Assembly (NCBI GenBank): GCA_965208575.1
Contig: CBDBOV010000003.1
Location: 704,001 to 768,000, forward strand
Reading direction: 5' to 3'
Source of the DNA: Spirochaetia bacterium
Lineage (GTDB): Bacteria > Spirochaetota > Spirochaetia > SZUA-6 > Bin103
Length of the DNA: 64,000 nucleotides
How positions within the stretch are numbered: the stretch's first letter is position 1; each line of letters starts with the position of its first letter. Position numbers and translations under genes: made by a program. Under the pieces are notes generated by a model. The model did not search any database. It was not told where the DNA came from and saw only the letters and a list, made by a program, of their open reading frames with translations. Positions 37,058 to 46,412 of this stretch are shown here, piece after piece.

Positions 37058-38272
37058 ATGTACGAGATCAAGCGCGGAACGTATCTCGACAAGCTGGTGC
37101 GCTACGTCGACGCGCCGGTGGCCGTGGCGGTGGTGGGACTCCGGCGGGTCGGAAAGAGCGTGCTCCTGCGTCAGTTCGCCCAGCTTCTGCGTGACCGGGG
37201 CAGCGTGGTGTACGTCGACATGGAGGAGATCGCGTTCGAGTGGATCCGCGATGCCGGAGACCTCGTAGCGCACGTAGCGAAGCACAGGGCCGTCGGTCCG
37301 ACGTACGTGATTGTCGACGAGGTGCAACAGATTCGCGACTGGGAGCGCGCGGTGGCTTCGCTCCAGAACCGGAACGAGACCCACGTCGTCGTCTCCGGTT
37401 CGAATTCGACGCTGTTCGCCGGAGAACTCGCGACACGCCTGGCCGGGCGCTACGTGACCGTACGCGTGCTGCCGCTGTCGCTGCGCGAATTCGGGGAGCT
37501 CTACTCCGCGACCCAGCGGGAAACGCCGGCGCCGGCCGATCTGTTCTCGCGCTACCGCGCGCTGGGAGGCTTGCCCGGACTGCTCCATACCGATCTCTCC
37601 GCCGACCTCGTTCGGCAGATGCTGCGCGATGTCTACAGCACGATCACTCTGCGTGATGTCGTGCAGCGGCAGTCGATCCGCGATCTGGACATGTTCGAGT
37701 CGATCGTCCGCTTTGCCATGGACAATGTCGGCAATCTCACGTCAGGCAAGCGGATCTCGGACTTCATGCGTTCTCAGCAGCGGCGTGGAACGGCCGACAC
37801 CGTGCTGAATTACCTTTCCTATCTGTGCGACGCGTTCGTGCTGGACAAGGTCGACCGGTTCGACGTGCGCGGCAAGCGCCACCTGCAAGTCGGCAGCAAG
37901 TACTACCTGGGCGATCTCGGGCTGCGCCGGGGACTTCTGGGTACCCGGGAGCGGTGGATTGCCGGCGACCTGGAGAACCTGGTGTTCCACGAGTTGCTGC
38001 GCCGTGACTATCAAGTGGCGGTGGGCACCGTCGGCAGCCGGGAGATCGACTTCGTTGCGGAGGGGGTGAACGGGCGCGTGTACGTGCAGGTGAGCTACCT
38101 GATCGGGGCACCGGAGACGCTGGAGCGGGAGAAGTCGTCCCTCCTGCGCACCGGGGACGCACACGCCAAGGTGATTCTTTCCATGGACCCGATAGCGCCG
38201 GGACCGCTCGACGGCATCAGGCACCTCAACCTGGTCGATTTTCTGTCGGGAGCCGCTCTGCCGACCGATTAG
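37058..38272 (+). CDS. AAA_14 + DUF4143 ATP-binding protein
   Basis: GLRRVGKS, IVDEVQ, SGSNS, KYYLGDLGLR, LENLVF, EIDFV. Confidence 0.92.
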   Translation: MYEIKRGTYLDKLVRYVDAPVAVAVVGLRRVGKSVLLRQFAQLLRDRGSVVYVDMEEIAFEWIRDAGDLVAHVAKHRAVGPTYVIVDEVQQIRDWERAVASLQNRNETHVVVSGSNSTLFAGELATRLAGRYVTVRVLPLSLREFGELYSATQRETPAPADLFSRYRALGGLPGLLHTDLSADLVRQMLRDVYSTITLRDVVQRQSIRDLDMFESIVRFAMDNVGNLTSGKRISDFMRSQQRRGTADTVLNYLSYLCDAFVLDKVDRFDVRGKRHLQVGSKYYLGDLGLRRGLLGTRERWIAGDLENLVFHELLRRDYQVAVGTVGSREIDFVAEGVNGRVYVQVSYLIGAPETLEREKSSLLRTGDAHAKVILSMDPIAPGPLDGIRHLNLVDFLSGAALPTD

Positions 38273-38326
38273 GTCGGCGAGGCTTGACGGCCGGCTGTTT
38301 GCGTTCTTATGTTCCGCCGCTCGACC

Positions 38327-39379
38327 ATGGCATTCGAATCACGAGTCTACGCGCTGCGCATCGAGCAGCACCCCAACGCCGACCGCCTGGAGCTGGCGGC
38401 GATCGGCGGGTTCCGTTGCGTCGTCGGCAAGGACAGCTTCACCGACGGCGACCTGGCAGCCTACATCCCGGAAGGCGCGGTGTGCCCCGGCTGGCTGATC
38501 GCCGAGCTGGGGCTGGAAGGCAAGCTGGCCGGCAGCAAGAAGAACCGCGTCAAGGCCGTGCAACTGCGCGGCTCGCTGTCGCAGGGGCTGGTCTACCCGG
38601 TCCGCGACGGCATGATCCGCGGACGAGAGGTCGTCGAGGGCGACGACGTCACCGAGCTGCTGGAACTGGTCAAGTACGAGCCGCCGATCCCGATCTCGAT
38701 GCAGGGCGAGGTGGTTGCCGCGCACGGCGCCACCGTCAAGTACGACATCGAGGACTTCAAGAAGTACCCGGAGGAGTTCCGCGCCGGCGAGCCGGTGGCG
38801 ATCACGGAGAAGCTGCACGGCACCTGGTGCTGCCTCGGCTGGCACCCCGAGCACGGCCCGATCGTCACCTCCAAGGGGATGTCGGACAAGGGCCTGGTGC
38901 TGCTGCTGAACGAGGCGAACGAAGGCAACCTGTACGTGCGGACCTGGACCGCACATCATGAGGCGTTCGAGGCGGCGCGTACCCGTCTCGCCGGCGACGG
39001 TGCGCCGTGCTACGTCCTGGGCGAGGTATACGGCCGCGGCGTGCAGGACCTGCACTACGGCAAGCCCAACCCCGACTTCGCGGTGTTCGACGCCTACGTG
39101 GGCGAGCCGGGACAGGGCCGCTACCTGACCCCGGACGAGTTGGCCGAGTCGCTGAGCGACCTGTTTCCGCTGGTGCCGGTGCTGTTCCGGGGGCCGTTCA
39201 GCCTGGCGAAACTGCAGGAGCTGACCGACGGCGCCACCACGCTCGGCGGCGCGCACGTGCGCGAAGGCGTGGTGGTGCGGCCGGCCGCCGAGCGTGTCTC
39301 GCACGAGTTCGGCCGGGTAATCCTGAAGAGCGTCTCCGGCAAGTACCTGACCCGCCGCGGCGGAACGGAGTTCAACTGA
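38327..39379 (+). CDS. RNA ligase, DRB0094/Rnl5 family
   Basis: HPNADRLELA, YIPE, LRGSLSQGL, motif I TEKLHGT, GEVYG, VFD, REGVVV, ILKSVS. Confidence 0.9.
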   Translation: MAFESRVYALRIEQHPNADRLELAAIGGFRCVVGKDSFTDGDLAAYIPEGAVCPGWLIAELGLEGKLAGSKKNRVKAVQLRGSLSQGLVYPVRDGMIRGREVVEGDDVTELLELVKYEPPIPISMQGEVVAAHGATVKYDIEDFKKYPEEFRAGEPVAITEKLHGTWCCLGWHPEHGPIVTSKGMSDKGLVLLLNEANEGNLYVRTWTAHHEAFEAARTRLAGDGAPCYVLGEVYGRGVQDLHYGKPNPDFAVFDAYVGEPGQGRYLTPDELAESLSDLFPLVPVLFRGPFSLAKLQELTDGATTLGGAHVREGVVVRPAAERVSHEFGRVILKSVSGKYLTRRGGTEFN

Positions 39380-39440
39380 GCCGCCCATGACTGCCAGAAA
39401 TCCGCGCTTGGACTCACATCGAGCCGTGCCGAACCGACGT

Positions 39441-39602
39441 GGTGATGACCAAGCTGCCGAGGACCTCATACGCCGAGGCATTGTGGAACCTCGTACGGCG
39501 CCATGTACCGTCGACGAGTTGCAGGCGATGCCGAGTCCCCGCTTGCCGGATGGGGTCAGTGCCAGCCACCTGATCGCCGCGGAACGCTTGGATGAGCGGT
39601 GA
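39441..39602 (+). pseudogene. Probable C-terminal half of a Phd/VapB-type antitoxin
   Basis: EDLIRRGIVEP...PSPRLPDGVSASHLIAAERLDER* ends in a GTGA overlap, but no toxin follows. Confidence 0.45.
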
Positions 39603-39653
39603 CGTGTAGTGAGAAGCGGCGTCAGGTGACCGCCGCGCCGGCCTTTGGCCGGG

Positions 39654-40838
39654 TCAGGCGGGCGGCGGCTTGGCGAAGCCGCGCGTCTGGTCCGAGTCTG
39701 GTTCACGGGCGGCGGCCAGGCGGTTGCCGATCCGGAAGCGGATGCCGAGCAGGTTGGGGCGCTCCTCGACGGCGTCGACGATCACCGGGCCGAGTGCGCC
39801 GCCGAACTTGAAGCCGTGGCCGCTGCCGCCGCCGGCCACGAAGATGCGCTCCGATCCAGGTACGCGGTCTATGAGGAAGTGGTCGTCCGGTGTGTTGGTG
39901 TACAGACAGGAGCGCCCCTCGACGACCGTTCCGGTGGCCAGACCAGGAAGCCGGCGGCGCATGAAGTCGACGGCGTCGCGGGCGAATTCCGCGGTGCCGG
40001 CGCGCTCGACGTCGGGGTCCACGGTTGCGCCGAGCCGGTCGCGGGCGATCTTCGCGTAGCCGCCGCGCAGGAGCGGAAACCCGTACCAGCCCTCGCCGTC
40101 CTCGTCGATCATCCACACCGGCAAGTGGTCGCCGCTGAACGCGCGCGGGTCCCGCGGCTCGATCAACAGCATCTGCTGACGCGTTACCCTGACCCTGGCG
40201 CCGACGCCGGGCAGGAGCCGGCCCACCCACGGACCGGCCGCGACCACGATGCGGTCGAACCGCTCGCGTCCGTCCCGGTACGTCACCTCGACGCCCGCCG
40301 CCTGCTCCTCGACGCGGGTGACCGGTGTTGAAGCGCACACCCGGCAACCGCTGTCGCGGGCGATGCCGGCCATGACGCCGACGGCGCGGGCGCTCTCCAG
40401 GTAGCCGGCCCACGGGTCGAACACGCACGTCTCTCCGGCGGCGAAGCGGAGCTGCGGAAAACGCTTCCCGGCCTCGTCCGCTGACAGCACCGCGATCTCG
40501 GCGCCGCGGTCGAGAAGGAAGTCGGCGCTGGCCCGCATCGGGCTGTCGGCACTGAAATCGGCTACTGCCCGAAGGCTGCCGACCTGGTGATAGAACCGTT
40601 CCCCCGACCGCTCCTCCCAGGCCTGCCACTGAACGGCCGCTCGTTCCGCCAGCTCGACGTAGGTCTCGTTGTCGCTGGCATACCACATGCGGCGCATCCC
40701 CTTGGACACGTCGGTGGAGCTGGCCCCGGGGTGGGGTATCTCCCCCTGCTCGAACACCGACACCACGTGCCCTCGGTCCGCCGCCTCGATGGCAGCCGCC
40801 AGACCGAACACCCCCGCCCCGACCACTCCGATCCGCAT
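39654..40838 (-). CDS. FAD-dependent oxidoreductase (sarcosine/fructosyl-amine oxidase-like)
   Basis: VVGAGVFG, SSTDVSK, CLYTNTPDDHFLID, GGSGHGFKFG. Confidence 0.92.
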   Translation of the reverse strand: MRIGVVGAGVFGLAAAIEAADRGHVVSVFEQGEIPHPGASSTDVSKGMRRMWYASDNETYVELAERAAVQWQAWEERSGERFYHQVGSLRAVADFSADSPMRASADFLLDRGAEIAVLSADEAGKRFPQLRFAAGETCVFDPWAGYLESARAVGVMAGIARDSGCRVCASTPVTRVEEQAAGVEVTYRDGRERFDRIVVAAGPWVGRLLPGVGARVRVTRQQMLLIEPRDPRAFSGDHLPVWMIDEDGEGWYGFPLLRGGYAKIARDRLGATVDPDVERAGTAEFARDAVDFMRRRLPGLATGTVVEGRSCLYTNTPDDHFLIDRVPGSERIFVAGGGSGHGFKFGGALGPVIVDAVEERPNLLGIRFRIGNRLAAAREPDSDQTRGFAKPPPA

Positions 40839-40908
40839 TCACGCAGCATAGCCACGCGAGCTTGGCACGGCCAGGGAGGCGCTGTCTCTCCTTGCGCGGT
40901 CTCTTCGA

Positions 40909-41217
40909 CTACACGACTTCCCAGGGGCGGTGCGCCTGCAACGTGAGGTCACGGCTACCATGCAGGACCGCGATGATGTACAGGTTCTCTGGCTGCACCA
41001 GGTACATGATCCGATAGCTGCGAAAAAGGAGTTCGCGGACATCGTCGCGTTGTGCTTCCGGCACCAGACGACCAATCTCCGGATACGAGCCTATGTCTTC
41101 GACCACGGCCAGAATTCGCTCGACAAATTGCCGGGCGTAGTACGGTGAGTCCCGTGCGATGTGGTCGCGAATGTCTCGGAGGTCGGCTCGCGCGTGATCG
41201 GCCCAGCTAACTCTCAC
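40909..41217 (-). CDS. RelE/ParE-family toxin
   Basis: VSWADHARADLRDIRDHIARDSP...PEIGRLVPE...YRIMY...IIAVLHGSRDL. Confidence 0.92.
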   Translation of the reverse strand: MRVSWADHARADLRDIRDHIARDSPYYARQFVERILAVVEDIGSYPEIGRLVPEAQRDDVRELLFRSYRIMYLVQPENLYIIAVLHGSRDLTLQAHRPWEVV

Positions 41218-41392
41218 GCTCAAGAAGCTCGGCTCTGACGCGCTCGTGCGGGATGACCCTCTGAGCTTCGACATCGGCGATCCCCCGGTCGATCTTCTGC
41301 TTCACATAGAGTTCGTACATGAGATCGTCCCAGGTAGCGTCGTCGCGAAGCCGTTCGATCACGTCGCGGGCAGATTCCTTGACGGAGGGCAT
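41207..41392 (-). CDS. Antitoxin of the adjacent RelE/ParE toxin
   Basis: VIERLRDDATWDDLMYELYVKQKIDRGIADVEAQRVIPHE; upstream TTGACA-N16-GAGAAT-N7-ATG. Confidence 0.85.
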   Translation of the reverse strand: MPSVKESARDVIERLRDDATWDDLMYELYVKQKIDRGIADVEAQRVIPHERVRAELLERES

Positions 41393-41468
41393 GGTCTTCA
41401 TTCTCTACGCTGCCAAGAGTGTGTCAACCGTGCCGTGCCGCTCCACTGACCGGCACGCATCGGCTGCG

Positions 41469-42257
41469 CTACACCGTGGGGGCGGCGCCGCCGTCGACGT
41501 TGATGGCGGAGCCGGTGACGAAGGCGGCGCGGGCGGAGGCCAGGAACGCGATCACGTCGCCGGCTTCCTCGGCGGGCGCGATGCGACCGAGCGGGATGCG
41601 CTTGCCGCCGTCCTGGTAGAACTGCTCCAGCGTGTAGGAGGGGTCGTCCGCGTGCGCGCTCTGCCAGCGGCGGTCGTTCTGCCGGCTCCTGATGTTGTTT
41701 ACGCACACCGTGTTCACCCGGATGCCGGCGCCGGCGTACTCGTTGGCGAGCGCCTTGGTGAGGGCGATGCCGGCCGCGCGCGACAGCGAGGTGGGCACCG
41801 ATCCACCGGGCGCCGCCTTGCCGGCCGGCGTGGTGATGTTGATCACTACGCCGCCGCGCTCCTTGAGTGCCGGCAGCACGGCCCGGGTGCAGTGCACGGC
41901 GCCGTACAGCTTGAGCTGCAGGTCTTCGCCGAGCAGGTGGTCGTCCATCACCTCGAACGAGTAGGCGTTGCCGGTGCCGGCGTTGTTGACCAGTATGTCG
42001 ATGCGCCCGAAGTGACCGCGCACGCGCTCCGCCATCGCGGCGATCTGCTCCATGTCGCCGACGTCCGCGGCCACCGGCAGCACGTCCGCGCCGGTCGCGG
42101 CCGAGATCTCGCGTGCCGCGGTGTCCAGGTCCGCCTGGTTGCGGGCCACGATCGCCACCCGGGCGCCCTCGCGCGCAAACCGCTCCGCCGCCGCGCGTCC
42201 GATTCCGAAACTGCCACCGGTCACGATGGCAACCATGTTTTGCAAACCAAGGTCCAT
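41469..42257 (-). CDS. Short-chain dehydrogenase/reductase (SDR)
   Basis: TGGSFGIG, DILVNNAG, IRVNTV, INVDGG; the YxxxK motif is replaced by TSLSR. Confidence 0.92.
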   Translation of the reverse strand: MDLGLQNMVAIVTGGSFGIGRAAAERFAREGARVAIVARNQADLDTAAREISAATGADVLPVAADVGDMEQIAAMAERVRGHFGRIDILVNNAGTGNAYSFEVMDDHLLGEDLQLKLYGAVHCTRAVLPALKERGGVVINITTPAGKAAPGGSVPTSLSRAAGIALTKALANEYAGAGIRVNTVCVNNIRSRQNDRRWQSAHADDPSYTLEQFYQDGGKRIPLGRIAPAEEAGDVIAFLASARAAFVTGSAINVDGGAAPTV

Positions 42258-42281
42258 ACTGCATCATAGCCGCTATCAGCC

Positions 42282-43076
42282 ATGCAGGAATCAAGTCTCC
42301 CGACCATTCGGGAACCACGCCCGCTTACCACCGATGAGTTCCGCTTCTTCCGCTACAATGGCTTCCTCAAGCTGCCGTGGCGGTTGCCCGCCGAATTGGT
42401 GGAGGCGATCAGGAGGCAGGCCGCGAACGACATCGAGCAGGCGGTGGAGCCGCTGGTCCGCGACTACCGCGGCGACGTGATGCGCCTGTCGGCCATCTGG
42501 GAGCGCGGCGGTGCGATCCGGCGCGCACTCGGCGGCCCGGAAGTGGTGCCGGCGCTGCAGTCGCTGCTCGGCCCCGACGTGGAGTACACGCTCAATCGTC
42601 ACAATCACCTCACCCTGCGGCGCCAGGACGACCGCACGGCGATGTCGATCGAGTTGCACCGCGACGTGGGAAACTGGTCGCGCACCATCTGTACGATCCT
42701 GTTCTACCTGGAGGACACCAACCTCGAGAACGGCTGCACGCAGGTCATTCCCGGCAGCCACCTGCTGCCCGATTTCGCACCGGGGCTGAGGGCGGAGAAC
42801 GACCCATGGTGGATTGCCTCCGGCCTGCTGGAGCAGCGCATCTCGATTCCGATGCCGGCCGGCGGCCTGCTGGCAATCGACAGCATGCTCGCGCACGCCG
42901 CCGGACGCAACCGCACCGACGGCACCCGCATGACGCTGACCGCCGGCTACCACGTGGTGGACCACCACGCCGGCGCGTGGGATCCCAAGCGCGTGGTGGT
43001 GTGCGGCGAACGCACATACCACGGCAACGACGTGCGCCGCCGGCGGCGCGCCGAGCCGGAGCGCGCGGCACCGTGA
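42282..43076 (+). CDS. Phytanoyl-CoA dioxygenase (PhyH) family
   Basis: LHRD, FYLEDTNLENGCTQVIPGSH, HAAGRNRTDGTR. Confidence 0.88.
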   Translation: MQESSLPTIREPRPLTTDEFRFFRYNGFLKLPWRLPAELVEAIRRQAANDIEQAVEPLVRDYRGDVMRLSAIWERGGAIRRALGGPEVVPALQSLLGPDVEYTLNRHNHLTLRRQDDRTAMSIELHRDVGNWSRTICTILFYLEDTNLENGCTQVIPGSHLLPDFAPGLRAENDPWWIASGLLEQRISIPMPAGGLLAIDSMLAHAAGRNRTDGTRMTLTAGYHVVDHHAGAWDPKRVVVCGERTYHGNDVRRRRRAEPERAAP

Positions 43077-43130
43077 GCCATCGGCACCGGCAGCCCGTGG
43101 CGAACGCCGGCTGCATGCGAGCTGCGCTGC

Positions 43131-43883
43131 TCAGGGGGCGTGCCTCGACCCGGCCTCCTTCCTGGCGCGGTGCATCTCGGCGATCAGTTCGTCGGTGGGC
43201 GGATAGTACGTGCCGGGCACGACCCGTTCGGCGCGGATCTTTTCCTTGACGTAGTTCTCGGCGTCCTCGTGCTCCAGCGCCCACTCCAGGGCGGCCTCGG
43301 CCATCCACGACGGCACCACCAGCACGCCGTCGTTGTCGCCCACCATCACGTCGCCGGGGCGCACCAGGGCGCCGCCGCACTGGATCTGGATATTCACCTC
43401 GGCGGGGGTCGCGTCCACGCCGCCGTGAAAGCTGCGGTGCTTGGCGTAGATGGTGAGCCCGTAGTCTTCTTCGGTCATCACGTCCAGGTCGCGGATGGCG
43501 CCGTCGATCACCGCGCCGTCGGCGTTGTTCATGGCCAGTTGCAGCAGCTTGACGTCGCCGGCGAGCACGTCGCGGCTGGAGCCCATGATGTCGGCCACCA
43601 GCACGTCGCCGGGGCCGCACTTGCCCATCGCGACGTACTCGGGATCGTCGACGCCGCCCGGCTTCTCGGCCATCAGGTCGGCGCGCCGCGGCAGGAAGCG
43701 CAGCGTCACCGCGCGGGCGGCGAACCGCTGCTTGCCGGGCGTCAGGTTGCGCAGCCCCTCGCACACGTTCAGCGGGCACCCGAAGTTGCACACGGCGCCG
43801 TACACGGTGGCGCCGGGGATCGACTTCAGGCCGTCGAGGACATCCTGCGGCACGTGTCTCGGTTTCATGTCGAATGTCGGCAT
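43131..43883 (-). CDS. RraA/HMG-aldolase family protein
   Basis: AARAVTLRFLP, GDVLVAD, VIDGAIRD, VRPGDVMVGDNDGVLVVP. Confidence 0.88.
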   Translation of the reverse strand: MPTFDMKPRHVPQDVLDGLKSIPGATVYGAVCNFGCPLNVCEGLRNLTPGKQRFAARAVTLRFLPRRADLMAEKPGGVDDPEYVAMGKCGPGDVLVADIMGSSRDVLAGDVKLLQLAMNNADGAVIDGAIRDLDVMTEEDYGLTIYAKHRSFHGGVDATPAEVNIQIQCGGALVRPGDVMVGDNDGVLVVPSWMAEAALEWALEHEDAENYVKEKIRAERVVPGTYYPPTDELIAEMHRARKEAGSRHAP

Positions 43884-43977
43884 GGGCGCATGGTACCGGC
43901 GTTTGACAGTGGTTCGCCAGAGGCGGTAGGGTGCCGGAAATCCCAAGTGCACTTGCCGACCAGGGAGGGTCTATCGC

Positions 43978-45024
43978 ATGGCTGACACGGCACCTGCGTT
44001 TCCACGTGACAGGCGCGGCGAATGGGTACCTGCGGAATTGCCAAAACCGGGGCCGGCGTTCTCGCGCCCGTGGCAAATCAAGCGGGCCATCAACGTCATA
44101 TTCGGGTTCGAGGGCATTCTCGGCTGGCAGTCGCTGGTCTACATCGGCCTGACCGTGGTGAGCTGGTTGTTTCTGACCCCGGACATGGCACGCATGCGCA
44201 CCTTCGGGATCGGTTGGATCGCCGAGCTCTACCTGCGCAACGCGGCGCTGCTGCTGCTGATCGCGGGCCCGCTCCACCTGCGGCTGTACGTGCTGAAGGC
44301 GCAGGGCGACCGCTACAAGTTCAACGCCCACTTCCCGCAAGCCGGCAACAGCAAGTTCCTGTTCGGGAGTCAGACCTGGGACAACGTGTTCTGGTGCTTC
44401 GTCAGCGGAGTGACCATCTGGACCGCGTTCGAGGCGCTCAGCCTGTGGGCGTATGCCAACGACATCCTGCCGTGGGTGGAGTTCCGCACCAACCCGGTGT
44501 ACTGCCTGCTGTTGTTCCCGTTCATCCTCCTGTTCCGCCAGGCACACTTCTATTGGACCCATCGGCTCACCCACTGGAAGCCGTACTACCGGGCGGCTCA
44601 CTACGTGCATCACAAGAACGTCAGTCCCGGCCCGTGGTCGGGATTCTCGATGCATCCGCTGGAGCACCTGATCTACCTGTCCGGCTTCCTGCTGCACTGG
44701 ATCCTGCCGTCGCACCCGATCCACATGGTGTATCACCTGCTGCACGCCGGCCTGTCCCCGGCCAACGGTCACAGCGGCTTCCACCGCGTCGAGGTAAGGG
44801 ACAAGCCGAGCGTGAAGAGCGGCGACTACTTCCACTACCTGCATCACCGCTACTTCGACTGCAACTACGGCAACGAAGGGGTGCCGCTGGACAAGTGGTT
44901 CGGCAGCTTCCACGACGGCTCGCCGGAGGCGCACGAGGCGATGCGCGGCCGTCACCGCCGCATCAAGCTCGGCCGCAGGTACGTTCCTCAGCCGGGGGCG
45001 GCGGCAACCCCCGACCTGCGTTAG
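43978..45024 (+). CDS. Sterol desaturase / fatty-acid hydroxylase family
   Basis: His boxes HRLTH, HYVHH and HYLHH; MHPLEH; CNYG. Confidence 0.92.
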   Translation: MADTAPAFPRDRRGEWVPAELPKPGPAFSRPWQIKRAINVIFGFEGILGWQSLVYIGLTVVSWLFLTPDMARMRTFGIGWIAELYLRNAALLLLIAGPLHLRLYVLKAQGDRYKFNAHFPQAGNSKFLFGSQTWDNVFWCFVSGVTIWTAFEALSLWAYANDILPWVEFRTNPVYCLLLFPFILLFRQAHFYWTHRLTHWKPYYRAAHYVHHKNVSPGPWSGFSMHPLEHLIYLSGFLLHWILPSHPIHMVYHLLHAGLSPANGHSGFHRVEVRDKPSVKSGDYFHYLHHRYFDCNYGNEGVPLDKWFGSFHDGSPEAHEAMRGRHRRIKLGRRYVPQPGAAATPDLR

Positions 45025-45100
45025 ATCAGCGCCAACGGCCGCGAGACAACATTTCCCGGCGCGCGAGTGGTCGCCGCCGGGCCAACAGGAGCAACACGAC

Positions 45101-45463
45101 ATGGAGCGAACTCTGTACCGCGGCGGCGAAAGCGCCGCCGCACGCATGGAAGAGCAGTGGGGGGCGCTGCGCTGGCTGGCCAGCGGCGCCATCGGCAACG
45201 CGGCGGGGCTGACCCTCGGCCACGTATCGATCAAGGCGGGCACTTCCAACCCGCGCCACTGCCACCGCACCTGCGAGGAGGTGCTGTACCTGCTGCGCGG
45301 CACCATCACCCACACCCTCGGCGACGAGACGTTCACCATGCAGGCCGGCGACACCATCTCGATTCCCGCCGGGGTGTTCCACAACGGCATCAACGACGGC
45401 GACGAGGATGCCGAGATGATCGTGGCCTACGACACCGCCACCCGCGACTTCGTCCTGGAGTAG
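45101..45463 (+). CDS. Cupin-domain protein
   Basis: PRHCHRTCEEVLY...GDTISIPAGVFH. Confidence 0.9.
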   Translation: MERTLYRGGESAAARMEEQWGALRWLASGAIGNAAGLTLGHVSIKAGTSNPRHCHRTCEEVLYLLRGTITHTLGDETFTMQAGDTISIPAGVFHNGINDGDEDAEMIVAYDTATRDFVLE

Positions 45464-45476
45464 GACGCCGGCGCCG

Positions 45477-46316
45477 CTAACGGGGTGCGAGCGGCGCCGA
45501 CTTGAACGATTTCACTTGGCCGGTGATGGCGCGCTCGGTGGGCAGCCGTTCGATGGAGGAGGCGCCGAAGAAACCGTCGATGCCGGGCATGCGCGCCAGC
45601 GCCTCGGAGACGTTCTCGGGTTCGTCGAACGGCCCGCCGTGGCAGATCACCAGCAGGTCTTCGCGCACCGCGCGGCCCGCCGCGGCGATCGCCAGCACGC
45701 GCTCGATCGCCTCGTCCAGGCTGAACGCCACCGCTGCCCCGATGCTGCCGGAGGTGGTCAGGCCGACGTGCGCTACCAGTTGGTCGGCGCCCGCTTCCGC
45801 CATCGCCGCGGCCTGCTGCTCGTCGAACACGTAGGGCGAGGTGAACAGGTCGATCTCGTGCGCCAGCCGGATTGCCTCGATCTCCTTGTCGTAGCCCATG
45901 CCGGTGGCTTCCAGGTTGAGGCGGAACTCGCCGTCGATCAGCCCCACGGTGGGGAAGTTCTGCACCCCCGAGAAGCCGGTCTCCTTGAGCTGGCGCAGAA
46001 ATACCGGCATCAGCCGGAACGGGTCGGTGCCGCACACCCCGGCCAGCACCGGCGTGTCCCGGACCACCGGCAGCACTTCCGAGGCCATCTCCACCACGAT
46101 GCCGTTGGCGTCGCCATAGGGCATCATCCCGGCCAGCGAGCCGCGCCCGGCCATGCGGTAGCGGCCCGAGTTGTAGATGATGATCAGGTCCGCGCCGCCC
46201 GCCTCGGCGAGCTTGGCGGAGATGCCGGTGCCGGCGCCGCAGCCCACCACCGGGGTCCCGTTCGCCGACTGCGCCCGCAAACGGCGCACGATTTCTTGCC
46301 GAGGAATGCCCGTCAC
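45477..46316 (-). CDS. TIM-barrel signal transduction / PEP hydrolase family protein
   Basis: GAGTGISAK, DLIIIYNSGRYRMAGRGSLAG, GVQNFPTVGLIDG, FFGASSIERLP. Confidence 0.93.
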   Translation of the reverse strand: MTGIPRQEIVRRLRAQSANGTPVVGCGAGTGISAKLAEAGGADLIIIYNSGRYRMAGRGSLAGMMPYGDANGIVVEMASEVLPVVRDTPVLAGVCGTDPFRLMPVFLRQLKETGFSGVQNFPTVGLIDGEFRLNLEATGMGYDKEIEAIRLAHEIDLFTSPYVFDEQQAAAMAEAGADQLVAHVGLTTSGSIGAAVAFSLDEAIERVLAIAAAGRAVREDLLVICHGGPFDEPENVSEALARMPGIDGFFGASSIERLPTERAITGQVKSFKSAPLAPR

Positions 46317-46412
46317 TCCAACACCTCCGGCACTGGCAAGCGGGACGCCGACTGTGCCCGTAGACGGCGCACGATTTCTTGCCGAGGAATGGCCGTCACT
46401 TCAGCATCTCCA
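46264..46412 (-). repeat. Diverged tandem duplication (83-bp period) of the Tm-1/TIM-barrel gene junction
   Basis: Copies start at 46264 and 46347. They create a 28-aa mini-ORF 46313-46399 (-), MTAIPRQEIVRRLRAQSASRLPVPEVLE. Confidence 0.85.
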
